A stretch of DNA of 20,613 nt from assembly GCF_006345805.1 (NCBI RefSeq), contig NW_021823936.1:1-20613 (forward strand), written 5' to 3'. The notes under the pieces were generated by a model that saw nothing but the letters and a program-made list of their open reading frames with translations, was not told the DNA's origin and did no database searches. A program made the translations under genes and the position numbers. Each line of letters starts with the position of its first letter. Within the stretch, counting starts at the first letter, position 1. This document shows positions 20,059 through 20,613 of this stretch, piece after piece. Origin of the DNA: Octopus sinensis (lineage: Eukaryota).

Positions 20059-20613
20059 TTTCAGGCCCATCACTCTGCTCAACGCAGATAGATTTGAAAA
20101 TTTTGGCCAAAGTAATAGCCGAGAGGTTGGCGCTTGTCATTGGTAAACTGGTCGACAGGGCGCAAACATGCGCCCCGTGCCGGGCAGAACCATACATGAC
20201 AACCTCCATCTGATGCGCTACATTGTGGATAGGGTAGTTAAGGATCCTGGCATGGGTGGGGCGCTGATCAATTTGGATCAATCTAAAGCCTTCGATAGGG
20301 TCGACCATCGGTACTTGGCGGCCGTCCTCAGGGTCCCGTCTTCCGCGGTTGGATCGCTGCCTTGTATAGCGGCATCCGATCGGTGATTCGGGTGAACGGT
20401 CACCTGTCGAAACCGTTTGACATCACGCGTTCGGTCCGTCAGGGGTGTCCCCTGACGGCGCTTCTGTATGTATTGACTCTCGAGCCGCTACTGCGGAAGC
20501 TGGCGAAACTGAGGGGCATCAACGGGAAATGGGTTGCGGGACGAGCGTGTCGGCATATGCGGACGATGTGTCACCGTCATAGTGTCGAGCGACAACATCC
20601 AGATGATAGGCGA
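20011..20613 (+). pseudogene. frameshifted reverse transcriptase domain of ORF2
   Basis: FRPITLLNAD, GRTIHDN, LDQSKAFDRVDH, VRQGCP (about 20434-20451) and AYADDV (YADD at 20556-20567) lie in different frames. Confidence 0.92.

Larger units (their letters stand above)
16278..20613 (+). mobile_element. L1/Tx1-clade non-LTR retrotransposon, 5' part (continues past the window)
   Basis: ORF1 with a CCHC knuckle is followed by ORF2 with APE then RT motifs. The 5' boundary at 16278 is inferred from the microsatellite junction. Confidence 0.9.

Noticed and set aside
19281-20308. Antisense ORFs 19281..19637 and 19826..20308
   Set aside because: Shadow frames of the GC-richer LINE ORF2 with no independent motifs.

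Overview
AT-rich, microsatellite-dense eukaryotic DNA made almost entirely of transposon relics. The SINE families look like those of Octopus/cephalopods (recognised from memory, not searched). No host gene is confidently supported; there is one weak exon candidate at 8910-8997. Contents: an RTE-type LINE 3' fragment whose upstream half is inverted with near-contiguous breakpoints and which ends in three C2H2 fingers (407-1078); Penelope-like remnants carrying two minimal hammerhead ribozymes, both with a U3-A8 core in place of C3-G8 (1250-1287, 3698-3732); a maT-like mariner relic; about a dozen tRNA-derived SINE copies; a hAT MITE with a perfect 8-bp TSD; a non-autonomous Helitron-like element; a long-TIR MITE; a Tc1 element with both TIRs and DD36E spacing (12737-13842); and the 5' 4.3 kb of an L1/Tx1-clade LINE (CCHC ORF1, open 516-aa APE ORF, frameshifted RT) running off the window end. 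Most ORFs in the track are microsatellite translation artefacts.
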